Origin: a virus
Lineage: Duplodnaviria; Caudoviricetes
Virus record (IMG/VR): IMGVR_UViG_3300016484_000236
Coordinates: 1-25,993 of that record
DNA: 25,993 bases
Direction: 5' to 3' (one strand)
The notes under the pieces were generated by a model that did not search any database, had not been told where the DNA came from, and saw only the letters and a list, made by a program, of their open reading frames with translations. Positions 13,411 through 23,817 of the stretch are shown piece after piece (the stretch's first letter is position 1; every line of letters starts with the position of its first letter). A program made the translations under genes and the position numbers.

Positions 13411-13830
13411 ATGTATACTGATATTCAGAAAGTACGTTTAGAGGTTGCCGACATTGATCCAACCTTACCTATCTTATCAGATACGGATTACGATTACTTC
13501 TTAAGCAAAAATAACAATAGTATCACTCGCGCTTCGATTGATGCAGCCCGGACAATTCTGCTTGTGCTTTCACAGCGTGGTGAAGAAACCGTAGATATTT
13601 TCTCAATAAAAGGTTCAAAAGCAGCAGAACAATATCGTCTTGCTTTGCAACTGTTCCTTACAAGTCCAAGTACAAACCCTGTGCTACAAAATGCTAAGGG
13701 ATGGGTTGGTGGTGTTAGTAACGCCGACATTATTGAGAACCTGAACAACAGTGATAATAACCTAGTCACAGTGCCTAGCGAAAGTCCTTACGTGGTAGTA
13801 ATGCCACTGAACCCACCAAAGTATTTCTGA
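13411..13830 (+). CDS. Head-tail connector (head completion) protein
   Basis: VRLEVADID...LSDTDYDYFL motif; SD AAGGA before ATG 13411; synteny. Confidence 0.7.
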   Translation: MYTDIQKVRLEVADIDPTLPILSDTDYDYFLSKNNNSITRASIDAARTILLVLSQRGEETVDIFSIKGSKAAEQYRLALQLFLTSPSTNPVLQNAKGWVGGVSNADIIENLNNSDNNLVTVPSESPYVVVMPLNPPKYF

Positions 13831-13837
13831 GGTGACT

Positions 13838-14191
13838 ATGAACTTTCTGCAAGTAGCTAAAAAAGCTCTAGCTCGTCAGGGTGCAGACCTTGTGTTTGCC
13901 AGCTTGTCAGCAGGGGCCTATAACGTTGAACTGGGAAAGCCGACCGTTACCCGTACTGAGTATACAGTCCGAATGTACCCAAAACAAATCATAGCGAATC
14001 AATACAACTTTCCTGCTCTTATTGGTAAAGAAACCATCATGTTTTACTTAGCAAATGATAGCCTTGCTTTCACGCCTAAGATCAATGATGAAATTGAGTA
14101 CAAATCAAAAGCATACAAGGTGCAGAGCATTCAAGAGCACTTTGCCGATGGTGCTGTAGTGCTTTATCGTATGGTTGCCGCAAGAGGTTAA
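13838..14191 (+). CDS. Head closure/stopper protein
   Basis: Synteny; ~117 aa beta-rich; YNVELG, YKVQSI. Confidence 0.6.
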   Translation: MNFLQVAKKALARQGADLVFASLSAGAYNVELGKPTVTRTEYTVRMYPKQIIANQYNFPALIGKETIMFYLANDSLAFTPKINDEIEYKSKAYKVQSIQEHFADGAVVLYRMVAARG

Positions 14192-14192
14192 T

Positions 14193-14681
14193 ATGATTTC
14201 AGTTGATTCCGCTGCACTTTCAAAAGATTTGGAACAGTTCTACAAAGACGTTGTTCGTAAACTGGAAAATATGGTGCGTGGTTTTGCTTATGAAATTACA
14301 CTAACTGCAATTGACAAGACTCCACTGGGTAACGCTGAAGCTTATATGAAGCTTTATCAGCGCCGTGAAAAAGCTTATGGTCTAACTCCAGTAGAGGGCC
14401 TAGCCCGAGGTGGCTGGCAAATTAGTCTTGATGGTACGCTAGATTTCCAGCAATTATACGGGTCAAATTCTGGTAACACTGCAGGGTCTGCGGCCAAGAT
14501 TCACATGATGAACTATCAGTTAGGTCAGCAAGTCATTATTGGTAATCAGGGGCCATATATCCAAGCTCTAGAGCAGAACTATAGTGATCAGACTTCTGGG
14601 CAAGGTATTATGCAACCCACCCTTGATTCGATTATGGCGGTACAACGAGTAAACCTACAACGCTACTACGATCAAGGATAA
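14193..14681 (+). CDS. Neck/tail completion protein (HK97 gp10-like)
   Basis: TP...GLARGGW, IGNQGPYIQALE...S.Q...GIM motifs. Confidence 0.7.
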   Translation: MISVDSAALSKDLEQFYKDVVRKLENMVRGFAYEITLTAIDKTPLGNAEAYMKLYQRREKAYGLTPVEGLARGGWQISLDGTLDFQQLYGSNSGNTAGSAAKIHMMNYQLGQQVIIGNQGPYIQALEQNYSDQTSGQGIMQPTLDSIMAVQRVNLQRYYDQG

Positions 14682-14682
14682 T

Positions 14683-15090
14683 ATGGAAATTTTAAATACA
14701 AAGAGAGCAGCCGAGCGTTTACTGGCAAGTATTTCCCCTGCAGTCTCTACAGGTTTTGAAGGCGTTGATTTTGATCCTCCTATTGATCAGATGTACCAGC
14801 GCTGCCAATTCAGAATTGATTCTCCTACGGACCCGACATTCCCTGCCGGGTATCACCGTGAGAATATCGAAATGCAAGTCTTCATTGCAGGCTTGAAAGG
14901 TCAGGGTACAGCCGATATTCTTGCTAGGGCTGAGTTGATCAGACAAACATTCTACAAGGGCCGAACAATGATTGAAGGCTCTACGAGAATCCACATACTT
15001 CAAACTGCACAAATCGGTTCTGTGTTTCCCACGCAGGATCGGATTATTGTACCGGTGTTAATTCCGTTAACCGCAGAAGTATACCAATGA
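14683..15090 (+). CDS. Tail terminator protein
   Basis: Immediately upstream of the tail tube; QVFIAGLKGQGT...AELIRQTF. Confidence 0.65.
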   Translation: MEILNTKRAAERLLASISPAVSTGFEGVDFDPPIDQMYQRCQFRIDSPTDPTFPAGYHRENIEMQVFIAGLKGQGTADILARAELIRQTFYKGRTMIEGSTRIHILQTAQIGSVFPTQDRIIVPVLIPLTAEVYQ

Positions 15091-15154
15091 GTGCTTGCAC
15101 TCGATTAAGCCTTCGGGCAAGTTTTATTTGCAAATAAACAACTAAGGAAATATA

Positions 15155-16366
15155 ATGACAATTGCTAAAGGCGTAGCCAAGAAAGTTGGATACAAAAAAG
15201 AAAGCACATGGGGTACTGCTGCCGGTGCTTCTGGTGCTAAATATCTGCGTCGTGTAACTGCGAACTTCAACCTAACAAAAGAAACATACGAATCTGCTGA
15301 AATCCGTACCGACTACCAAGTAGCCGATATGCGTCATGGTGTGCGTAGTGCTGAAGGTTCCCTGAACGGTGAACTATCTCCTAGCACATATTCAGATTTC
15401 ATGCAGTCTATTCTAGCACGTAACTTTACTGCAGGTGGAACTACTACCGGTGCATCAATTACGATTGCAACAAGTGGTCTATTCTACACAGTAACTCGCG
15501 CTGCTGGTAGCTGGTTAACTGATGGTTTCTTCGTGGGTAACGTGATCCGCCTAACTGGTGCTGGTTTCAATCCTACTAATGTAGCAAATAATTTGCTAAT
15601 TGTTAGCATGACTGCTACTGTACTAACAGTTAAAGTTCTTTCTGCCACTCCACTAGTAGCTGAGGGTCCAATCGCTGCTGCCGGTGCTGATGTAGCTGGT
15701 AAAATTACTTACGCTCCACTATTAGGTCACACTGACGATTCTTACACAATCGAAGAATGGTATAGCGACATTGCCCAATCTGAAGTTTACACTGGTATGA
15801 AGGTAGGCACAATGAATGTGCAGCTACCAGCAACCGGATTAGTAACTTGTGATTTCAGCTTCATGGGTAAGAACCTAGAGCAAAAGGGCACTTCACAATA
15901 CTTCACATCACCTACTGCTGCTGGCACTAATGGTATCTTCGCTTCAGTATCTGGTGCAATGGTTGTAAATGGAACTCCTGTAGCTTTGATTACTTCTATG
16001 GACTTCACCGTAGAACGTGGCCTAGAAGCTGCTAACGTAGTGGGTTCAAACTTTGCTGCAGACGTATTCACTGGTCGTATCCGTGTAACCGGAAACTTCA
16101 GCACTTACTTCCAAGATGGTGTGTTCCGTGATTACTTCGATAGCGAAGCCAAGATCAGTCTTGTAGTTGCTCTGTCAACTGGTGAAGAAAAGAATGCCGA
16201 TGTGGTTTCTTTCAGCTTCCCACTAGTTAAGGTAGGTTCTGCTACCAAAGCAGATTCAGAAATGGGGATCGTACAAGATCACAGCTTCACTGCACTATTG
16301 AACCCAGTAACAACTAACGGCCTGATTGGTTCTACCATGATGGTTCAAGACACTGCTGTAGTTTAA
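15155..16366 (+). CDS. Major tail tube protein
   Basis: KESTWGT, ESAEIR.D.QV, GELS motifs of siphovirus tube proteins; biased codons; followed by a terminator. Confidence 0.85.
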   Translation: MTIAKGVAKKVGYKKESTWGTAAGASGAKYLRRVTANFNLTKETYESAEIRTDYQVADMRHGVRSAEGSLNGELSPSTYSDFMQSILARNFTAGGTTTGASITIATSGLFYTVTRAAGSWLTDGFFVGNVIRLTGAGFNPTNVANNLLIVSMTATVLTVKVLSATPLVAEGPIAAAGADVAGKITYAPLLGHTDDSYTIEEWYSDIAQSEVYTGMKVGTMNVQLPATGLVTCDFSFMGKNLEQKGTSQYFTSPTAAGTNGIFASVSGAMVVNGTPVALITSMDFTVERGLEAANVVGSNFAADVFTGRIRVTGNFSTYFQDGVFRDYFDSEAKISLVVALSTGEEKNADVVSFSFPLVKVGSATKADSEMGIVQDHSFTALLNPVTTNGLIGSTMMVQDTAVV

Positions 16367-16374
16367 TACCAACA

Positions 16375-16410
16375 AAACCCCCTTGGAGAAATCCTTGGGG
16401 GTTTCTTTTT
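16375..16410 (+). terminator. Intrinsic terminator after the tail tube gene
   Basis: AAACCCCC...GGGGGTTT stem followed by CTTTTT. Confidence 0.8.
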
Positions 16411-16421
16411 GTTTATTTCGC

Positions 16422-16450
16422 TTGATTATTCAACCTTTTCATGTTATAAT
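16422..16450 (+). promoter_or_regulatory. Sigma70-type promoter for tail chaperone genes
   Basis: TTGATT-17 nt-TATAAT with extended TG. Confidence 0.7.
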
Positions 16451-16498
16451 TGAGTCTTAGGCGACAATTTTACTAACCCCATAACGAAAGGATATCCA

Positions 16499-16903
16499 AT
16501 GCTAGACCTAAAAGTAACTAACCTTGCAGAATCAGCCGAAGCAGGCTTTGAATTCGAACTACTACTGCCAGAATCAAAAGATAAAACTGGCGGTTTCATT
16601 ACAGTACGCGGATCACAGTCTCCTACTGTGCGTAATTACTCAAAGCGTAAGTGGAATGAGTATAACGTAAAAGTGCAGCAAGCCAAGCGTAAAGGCAAAG
16701 AAGTCGATGAAATGACTCTCGACGAAGCCGAAGACCTTGCAATTGAGAACGCAGTAAACCGTATCATCAGTTGGCGCGGCATTGGCGAAGCTGGAGTTGA
16801 AATCCCCTTCACTAAAGAGAACGCTGAAACTGTACTCCGTAAACATTCATGGATTCGTGAGCAGGTAATGGAGGAATCAGACAATCTGATGAACTTTCAA
16901 TGA
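16499..16903 (+). CDS. Tail assembly chaperone (gpG-like)
   Basis: Between tail tube and tape measure genes; 134 aa; ISWRGI...IPFTKENA. Confidence 0.8.
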   Translation: MLDLKVTNLAESAEAGFEFELLLPESKDKTGGFITVRGSQSPTVRNYSKRKWNEYNVKVQQAKRKGKEVDEMTLDEAEDLAIENAVNRIISWRGIGEAGVEIPFTKENAETVLRKHSWIREQVMEESDNLMNFQ

Positions 16904-17288
16904 AGATGATTTAGCCCAAGCAAAGGCATACGCCGAACAAGAGTTTGCTTTAAGTGCCCGACAGAACGATGGTCGAACACTAAGAGAACACTTGGAATCT
17001 GTTAAAAAACAGGGCGTAATGCCAAAAGAACTTGAAGACCTTGTAACCTTACCAGACTCGCTTGCGCATTGCTGGTACTGGTTCTTAGATTTAAACAATA
17101 CAAGACCTTCAGGATTCGGTGTTTCGGCAATCACTTATTTGGAAATCCAAGCTTACTTCACTTTACTACAAATTCCTGTGCAACCTTGGGAAGTTGAGAT
17201 TATAAAGCTCTTTGACCAGATTGCAATGGGTGTATCTGCAAAACAACAAGCAGAAGCAGAAAAACAAAACAATAAAAAGAAGCAGTAA
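16896..17288 (+). CDS. Tail assembly chaperone extension (gpT-like), probably reached by +1 frameshift
   Basis: The +1 frame is open from 16893 to 17288 with no good own start; WYWFLDL..TR..GFGVSAITYLEI motif. Confidence 0.7.
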   Translation, partial: FNEDDLAQAKAYAEQEFALSARQNDGRTLREHLESVKKQGVMPKELEDLVTLPDSLAHCWYWFLDLNNTRPSGFGVSAITYLEIQAYFTLLQIPVQPWEVEIIKLFDQIAMGVSAKQQAEAEKQNNKKKQ

Positions 17289-17294
17289 GCATAG

Positions 17295-17316
17295 TAGGCC
17301 CTTCGGGGCCTATTTT
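17295..17316 (+). terminator. Terminator-like hairpin before the tape measure gene
   Basis: TAGGCCC-TTCG-GGGCCTA-TTTT. Confidence 0.7.
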
Positions 17317-17368
17317 CTATGTAGCTTACGAAATAGGTTCCATAGAAAATAGATAAGAAGGAAATCAA

Positions 17369-20300
17369 ATGCTAAATCTAAGTGAATTAGTATTCAAAGT
17401 AAATACAGAAGCTCTAGTAGATGCTGCCAACAAGGTAGCTGCCCTTGGCAAATCCGTAGATGGCTTGTCAAGCACTTTCTCTAAGCTGGAAAAATCTTCT
17501 TCACAAGCAAGTAAGGCACAAGCCAAAGCAGAAAAAGATTTAGCAGCAGCAGAAGTTGATCGTGCCAAGGCTGCAGATATTGCAGCTAAGACCGAAGAAC
17601 GTAAAGCTAAAGCAGTTCGTGAAACAGCAAAGGCAACTGAAGAAGCCACTGCAGCTACGAAGTCTAGCGTAAGTATTCTAGAACGTCAACAAACAATCCT
17701 TGAATTTCAAGCTAATGGCTACTCAAAAGGTCAAGCTTCCATCCTTGCCTATGCAAAAGCGGCAGGTGTAGCTGCGACTGAAATTCAAGAAATCGGTAAG
17801 GTGCTGCAAGCTCAACGTACTCTTATGGGCGGTGATCCATTCGATAAGAGCCTTGGTAGCCTAAAATCTTTACAGAATGAATTCAAGACACTGAAAGAAG
17901 TTCAACGTCTATATACTGCGGAGATTCCTCTTACTCGTAAACAAATGGAAAACCTTGCGCTCGACAAGCTACGTCTTATTGAGGCAATGAAGATTGAAGG
18001 TCGCTCAATGTCTGATATCAAGGCAGCGATCAAAGACCTTAATGTAAAATATATTACTACCGCACAAAACATTAATCGTGTTACTAAAGCTGAAAACGAA
18101 CTTGATAAAGCACGGAAAGATTCAGCTAATGCAAATGCATTCCTTGAAAAAGAAATGCAACGTGTTAACTTCGCACTGCAGGCACAAAACAACGAACTGA
18201 ATAAAGGTACTGCCAACGCCTTAAACCGTTTTGAACAGAATCTGAAGCGTAGTGGTCTTACCCTAGATCAGCAACGTGTAAAGATGGAAGAATACCGCAA
18301 GGGATTGCTTGCACTTGAAAAAACCAAAGGTGGAAACACTGATTACATTACACGCGCACTAGGTCCGCAGATTACCGACATTTTCGTTGGTCTTGCTACG
18401 GGTCAATCTCCACTGACAGTTATGCTACAGCAAGGTGGTCAATTACGCGACCAATTAGATTTAGCTGGGGTTGCTGCAGCGGATATGGGCAGCACAATGC
18501 GTCACGCTGCCAAAGGCATGGTTGAGTCTGTAGGTAATGTCGCAAAAGCTATCGGTCAATTACTGATTGGTGCGTTTGTTGATGCTGGAAAGGGTTTTTC
18601 AAACCTAATTGGCGGTATTTTAATGAATGCCCCACTTGTCGGGAACCAATTGGAAAAATGGCGTTATCAGTTAACTCTTGGTAGCATGGCAGGTGATAAA
18701 TTCAATAAAACAATGTTGAATATTTTCAACGGAGTTGTTGGCGCTGCACCCGCCGCTTTTGCTACTGCTTTAGCTGCTAGTGCAGTTGCTCTAGCTGCGT
18801 TGGGGGTTGCTCTAAAGCAAGTTACCGCAGAACAGAATGAACTGGCTAAGTCTCTGAACCTGACTGGTGCTGCACTAGGTATGTCTTCTAACGAAGTTAT
18901 TTCCTTTGCTCAAGGACTTGATTCAGTAAAGACAAGTGCTGCTATTGAATTCATCAACGAACTGTCTAAGGTAGGTGTACGTACCTCTAAAGATATTGCT
19001 GGACTTACAGAAGTTGCAATCGACCTAGAAAAGTACGGCGGTGTTGCTCTGAAAGAAACTGCCAAGGCTTACGATGATCTTCAGAAGAAGCCTTTCGAAG
19101 CTCTGATGAAGATTGCGGAGGGTACAGGTCAGGTTTCTCAAGAAACTATTGACATGGCCGTACAAATGAAACTGGCTGGCGATGAAGTAGGTCTGTTAAA
19201 TCTGGCCCAGAAAGAGTTTGTTCGTGCCAATAAAGCAGCAGTAGAATCTATTAAGGCTGAAATCAATCCAATGACTGCACTATGGATTACTGTCAAAGAT
19301 GGTATCACATTTGCATGGGAAGGGTTGAAAAACTTTGCACGTACTGGTGCCGTGCTAGAGGGTGTTGTTAAGGTACTTAACACAATTTTGACAGGCGTAC
19401 TTGCTATTACTACAGCAACTCGATTTGCAGGTAAAACACTCGGTGGTTATCTGGCAATCATGGGCCAAGTTGCAGACGGAGTTAATCCTTTCAGCGGTGT
19501 CAGTGCATCAGACGCTTTGAAGAACATCCAAGGTATTTTCTCAGAGTATAAAGCTGATATTAAAAACTTAGGTGCCGAGACAAGTGCTGCATATGATCAA
19601 ATTTGGAATGGAGTAAAAACAACAACAGGTTTGACAGATAAAGCTCGCGAGGCCAACTCTTCATATGCTACTGATACATTGAAAGGTATGAGTGATTTAG
19701 AGAAATCATACAATTCAATTGAGAAAGCCGAACTGAAGAAAATTACTCGTCAGCAAGCTATCAATAAGGCTCTAGAGGACTATAAGCAGAAGAATAAACA
19801 AGCAAGTGATTACCAACTTAAACTGATTGAGCAAGGTGCAGGACTTGCGTGGGATAAAGCTAACAAAGAGAAAAGTAAAAAAGACCCTAAAGAAAACTAC
19901 TTTGCTGCTCTCATGCGTGATGCAACAAATGCTACAATCAAGGCGGATGGTGCAGTTCAAGACTTAACTAAATCTGAAATCAAACTACGTGAAGTTCAAG
20001 CTGATCCACGGTTTAAAGCGTTATCCAAAGATGAGCAAGACCGTATCACTCGTATTTACGAAACTGCTGCTGCAACCGAGCGTGTAACTGCTGCGGAAGA
20101 CTTAAAGAATAAACTTCTAGGGAAAGCTGTTGGACTTGGTAAAGAGTATTACGATACATTAGAAATCATTGAAAATTATCACAAACGTGGGATTTACAGT
20201 GATGCAGAAGTTAAGCAACTAACAGATGCACTCTATAAGGCTACACCCGCTTACAAAGAGAATGTCAAAGCGGTTGAGGAACTGAATAATAAGTTATTCA

Positions 20301-23300
20301 AATTCCGTGAAGAGTCTCTAGTAATTCGCCAACAACTGGATGAAGAAAATCGTGGACTTGATTTACGAGTAGCTTTGTTAGGCCGCACTGAAAAAGAGCA
20401 AGTGGTGATTAGTCGTGAATATGAACGTCAAGCAAAACTTGCTAAGGTTTCATTTGATCTTGAGAAACGTAAACGTGACATTGAGAGAGAATGGGCAGGA
20501 AATGCAGTAAAGATTTGGGAGCTAGAGCTAGCTGCCGAGCAAGATGCTGCAGAACAACGCAAGGTAATCAACCGTGGTGTTGCTGTAGCTTACGCTGAAG
20601 ATATCCAGAAAGAATTCGATAGAATCTCTGGTGGAATTACTGACAGTATTGTTACTGCACTGTTTGAAGGTGGTAAGGCTGGTTCTAAGAAACTTCGTGA
20701 TTTGATCATGAGTGAACTTCGCAAGCCAGTTACTATTGTTGTTCAAGCTGTAGTTAATACATTGCTTGGAAGTGTGCTAGGTGGTGTAGCAGGTTCAGTG
20801 GCTGGCTCTGCTGGGTCCGGTATTATCGGGAGCATTGCTACCAGTTTAGGCGGGAACGCGATTAGCTCGGGCCTAGGCTTAAGTGGGTTATTTGCTGGTG
20901 CTACAACTGCTGCCAGTAATGCTGCTTTGGCTACTAGTCTCGGCCTAGGTTCTGCTAGTGCCACGGCTGCTGCTACAGGGGCTGCTGTCGCAGGAGGTGC
21001 TTCTACAGGTATTGCTGGGGCTGCATCTAGCTTTGGTAGTGCATTGGCTGCTATTCCCGGATGGGGCTGGGCTATCGCTGGTATTGCTGCTCTTGCTGGA
21101 TTAATGTCTAAGAAAGCTACACCACATGCTGGTGCGGGTTCTACATTCAGTGCTGCAAGTGGTCTACAGAACATCAATCTTGGTGCTGCAAATAATATGG
21201 GCTTCATGGCAAATTATGCCAAAGAAACTCAAGGTTTGACAGATCAAATCGCTAAGACTCTGGTAACTGCTCTTGATTCTACAGCTAAATCTTTTGGTAC
21301 AACTGCTGGGTATGCAGTAAGTGCTGCATTCGCAGATGATACATCAAAGGATGGTGCTTGGGGTCAACTGATTATTAAGAAACTGGGTGTTGGAGATATT
21401 GTTAACTGGGGTCTTGAATCTATAGTTGGCAAGTGGGCTCCGAAAGAATTTGCAGACGGTGCTGAAGGTCAACAACAGTACATGAATGCAATTGCTAAGA
21501 GCGCACGTGATGCTCTGAAGTCTGCTATCGGTGATGTTCGTTGGGCACAAAACATGCTTGACGCTCTAGGTGATAATCCGACCATTGAGCAATTATCAAC
21601 AACTGTAGATCAAATCAACCAAGCTCAGACAGCAATCACAAATCTTGGAAAGAATATTCAAGGTTTTGCATCTATGACAAATGATGCGATTTCAAGCCTT
21701 GTAGAAGCAAGTGGTGGTGCGCAAGCATTCTTTGCGAATATGCAAAGTTTCTACGAAAACTTCTACAGCGATTCTGAAAAGGTTGCTAACCAATCACGTG
21801 ATATTGCTGATGCACTGTCTGCTGTAGGTTTGGTGTTGCCAAAGACTCGGGACGAGTACCGTCAACTAGTTGAACAACAATTAGCTCTTGGTGAATCTGG
21901 AAGTAAAGCCGCAGCAGTATTGTTGCAGTATTCAGGCGCTTTTGCAAATATCACAGAATCTCAACAAGATTTAGTGCAAGCTGAAAAAGATCGTATTGAA
22001 AAGTACAAAGATCAGCAACGCGATCTGTTGAATGTTCAGATCAGTGCAGCCGAAGAACAGATGAATCTGTATCAGAAGTTCTTTGATTTCCTAGACGGTG
22101 AAATTAAGAAACTGTATGGTTCAGCCGAAGCTACTTCAGCAATGCAAGTTCGTGATGCTCGGGCTATCATTGATCGTGCTCAGCGTACTGGTACTCTGCC
22201 TGATTATGAAACACTGACAAGTGCAGTGGATGTGATCACCGGTTCAATGACAAGCAATAAATATACTTCTCGTTTTGAAATGGAACGCGACAAGTTAAAA
22301 TTTGCTGGTCAACTGGATGATTTGAGAGATACGGCTGATAAGAATCTGAAATCTGCAAAGAACAGTTTCGATGTATTGAAGTTACAACTTGCAAGTCTAG
22401 ATCAACTAACAGTAACTGCCACAAGCCAACTGAACGCACTATATTCAATTGAGGATGCAATTCGGGAAGTAGGTGTAGGGGGCACTGGAGGTACTGGTAC
22501 GGGCGGTAAAGGCGGATTATCTGGCGCCAACACTGTCGGTGGTGGTAGTTCTCCAGCAAGCGGAACTGGACATATTCCTCGTACTACATACGGTGCTGAT
22601 GAAGCCCTAACTAGTTTTGAAAAATTCAAAGCATGGTACACAGGGTTAAAATCTAATGCTGATCCTAGCGTACTGATGGACACAGGCTATCAAGTCCCTG
22701 ATTGGATGCGTGTAAGTAATTATGGCGCTGACGATTACACTGACAAGTCTTTGTTTGGTTCATACCTGTTCTTCAAAAATAATCCTCAATATGCTGCAGA
22801 CTATCAGCAGATTATGGATACAGGTCGCTCAAGCTATGCAACTGACGGGTCAACATTGGTTCGTAGTGATCTGGCCAAGATGCCAGAAGAAATTGCTAAG
22901 TATTATAAGGCAAATCTTCCTGACCTATTGGCTGCTGAAGGTTTCGGACTTGACCCTGTGCTTGCATATCAATTGTATAATTTTGGTCCCGGTCAGTTTG
23001 GCCTCGACCAAAAGAGACAGAGCTTTACCGAATGGCTACAGACTAATAAGTGGACAGACAGTGGAATTGTTTCAAACAATAACATGGTGGAAAGTGCGAG
23101 TAAGAACTACTCAAATTACCGCTTAGCACGTTGGGATACTTCAACGGGCAATATCGTTAACGTTGATGGTAAAATTTACACACCCGAAGGTAAATATGTC
23201 GGCATGGCTTCTGGTCAGCAGATGCAATCAATTTTCGGTGCGTCATATAAACCATCTTCATCAGCATTATACCAGTCTCAGGTTGAAAGTGGAAATTCTA

Positions 23301-23773
23301 CACCAGAAGGATACTATGCAGATATCAAGAATAATCTTGACGCTGCAATTTCTGCTGGCTGGTCTGCTCAGCAACTTGCTGATGCAGTTCGTGAAACTGG
23401 TGCTTCACTACAAGATGTGGCTACTGCTTATGGTATCCCTGTAAGTCAAGTACGTGATAACCTGATTGCAGGTGGTGCTACTGATATTCCAGCTTTTGCA
23501 AAGGGTGGAAAATATGATGGCGGTATGGCTCTAGTTGGTGAACGCGGTCCTGAATTGATTAACTTTAATTCTGGAGGCTATGTAGCCAATGCAACCCAGA
23601 CCCGTGCTGCCATGAGTAATTCTGCGCTGTGTGACCGTATGGAAGCTCTGGAAGCAACCATGTCTCGCGTTAGTGTTGAGACACAAGCTACCGCCATTGC
23701 CGTGATCAAAGTATCTAAAATTCTAGATCGTGTATCACCAGATGGTCAAAGCTTGAATGTAACTGTGGTGTAA
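17369..23773 (+). CDS. Tail tape measure protein
   Basis: 2134 aa, Ala-rich helical; QITDIFVGLATGQSPLTVMLQQGGQLRD (lambda-type motif); C-terminal FAKGG...VGERGPE. Confidence 0.95.
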   Translation: MLNLSELVFKVNTEALVDAANKVAALGKSVDGLSSTFSKLEKSSSQASKAQAKAEKDLAAAEVDRAKAADIAAKTEERKAKAVRETAKATEEATAATKSSVSILERQQTILEFQANGYSKGQASILAYAKAAGVAATEIQEIGKVLQAQRTLMGGDPFDKSLGSLKSLQNEFKTLKEVQRLYTAEIPLTRKQMENLALDKLRLIEAMKIEGRSMSDIKAAIKDLNVKYITTAQNINRVTKAENELDKARKDSANANAFLEKEMQRVNFALQAQNNELNKGTANALNRFEQNLKRSGLTLDQQRVKMEEYRKGLLALEKTKGGNTDYITRALGPQITDIFVGLATGQSPLTVMLQQGGQLRDQLDLAGVAAADMGSTMRHAAKGMVESVGNVAKAIGQLLIGAFVDAGKGFSNLIGGILMNAPLVGNQLEKWRYQLTLGSMAGDKFNKTMLNIFNGVVGAAPAAFATALAASAVALAALGVALKQVTAEQNELAKSLNLTGAALGMSSNEVISFAQGLDSVKTSAAIEFINELSKVGVRTSKDIAGLTEVAIDLEKYGGVALKETAKAYDDLQKKPFEALMKIAEGTGQVSQETIDMAVQMKLAGDEVGLLNLAQKEFVRANKAAVESIKAEINPMTALWITVKDGITFAWEGLKNFARTGAVLEGVVKVLNTILTGVLAITTATRFAGKTLGGYLAIMGQVADGVNPFSGVSASDALKNIQGIFSEYKADIKNLGAETSAAYDQIWNGVKTTTGLTDKAREANSSYATDTLKGMSDLEKSYNSIEKAELKKITRQQAINKALEDYKQKNKQASDYQLKLIEQGAGLAWDKANKEKSKKDPKENYFAALMRDATNATIKADGAVQDLTKSEIKLREVQADPRFKALSKDEQDRITRIYETAAATERVTAAEDLKNKLLGKAVGLGKEYYDTLEIIENYHKRGIYSDAEVKQLTDALYKATPAYKENVKAVEELNNKLFKFREESLVIRQQLDEENRGLDLRVALLGRTEKEQVVISREYERQAKLAKVSFDLEKRKRDIEREWAGNAVKIWELELAAEQDAAEQRKVINRGVAVAYAEDIQKEFDRISGGITDSIVTALFEGGKAGSKKLRDLIMSELRKPVTIVVQAVVNTLLGSVLGGVAGSVAGSAGSGIIGSIATSLGGNAISSGLGLSGLFAGATTAASNAALATSLGLGSASATAAATGAAVAGGASTGIAGAASSFGSALAAIPGWGWAIAGIAALAGLMSKKATPHAGAGSTFSAASGLQNINLGAANNMGFMANYAKETQGLTDQIAKTLVTALDSTAKSFGTTAGYAVSAAFADDTSKDGAWGQLIIKKLGVGDIVNWGLESIVGKWAPKEFADGAEGQQQYMNAIAKSARDALKSAIGDVRWAQNMLDALGDNPTIEQLSTTVDQINQAQTAITNLGKNIQGFASMTNDAISSLVEASGGAQAFFANMQSFYENFYSDSEKVANQSRDIADALSAVGLVLPKTRDEYRQLVEQQLALGESGSKAAAVLLQYSGAFANITESQQDLVQAEKDRIEKYKDQQRDLLNVQISAAEEQMNLYQKFFDFLDGEIKKLYGSAEATSAMQVRDARAIIDRAQRTGTLPDYETLTSAVDVITGSMTSNKYTSRFEMERDKLKFAGQLDDLRDTADKNLKSAKNSFDVLKLQLASLDQLTVTATSQLNALYSIEDAIREVGVGGTGGTGTGGKGGLSGANTVGGGSSPASGTGHIPRTTYGADEALTSFEKFKAWYTGLKSNADPSVLMDTGYQVPDWMRVSNYGADDYTDKSLFGSYLFFKNNPQYAADYQQIMDTGRSSYATDGSTLVRSDLAKMPEEIAKYYKANLPDLLAAEGFGLDPVLAYQLYNFGPGQFGLDQKRQSFTEWLQTNKWTDSGIVSNNNMVESASKNYSNYRLARWDTSTGNIVNVDGKIYTPEGKYVGMASGQQMQSIFGASYKPSSSALYQSQVESGNSTPEGYYADIKNNLDAAISAGWSAQQLADAVRETGASLQDVATAYGIPVSQVRDNLIAGGATDIPAFAKGGKYDGGMALVGERGPELINFNSGGYVANATQTRAAMSNSALCDRMEALEATMSRVSVETQATAIAVIKVSKILDRVSPDGQSLNVTVV

Positions 23774-23779
23774 AAATGG

Positions 23780-23803
23780 AAGGTGAGCTTCGGTTCACCT
23801 TTT
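23780..23803 (+). terminator. Terminator-like hairpin after the tape measure gene
   Basis: AAGGTGAGC-TTCG-GTTCACCTT-TT. Confidence 0.65.
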
Positions 23804-23817
23804 CTAATGGAGAATCA

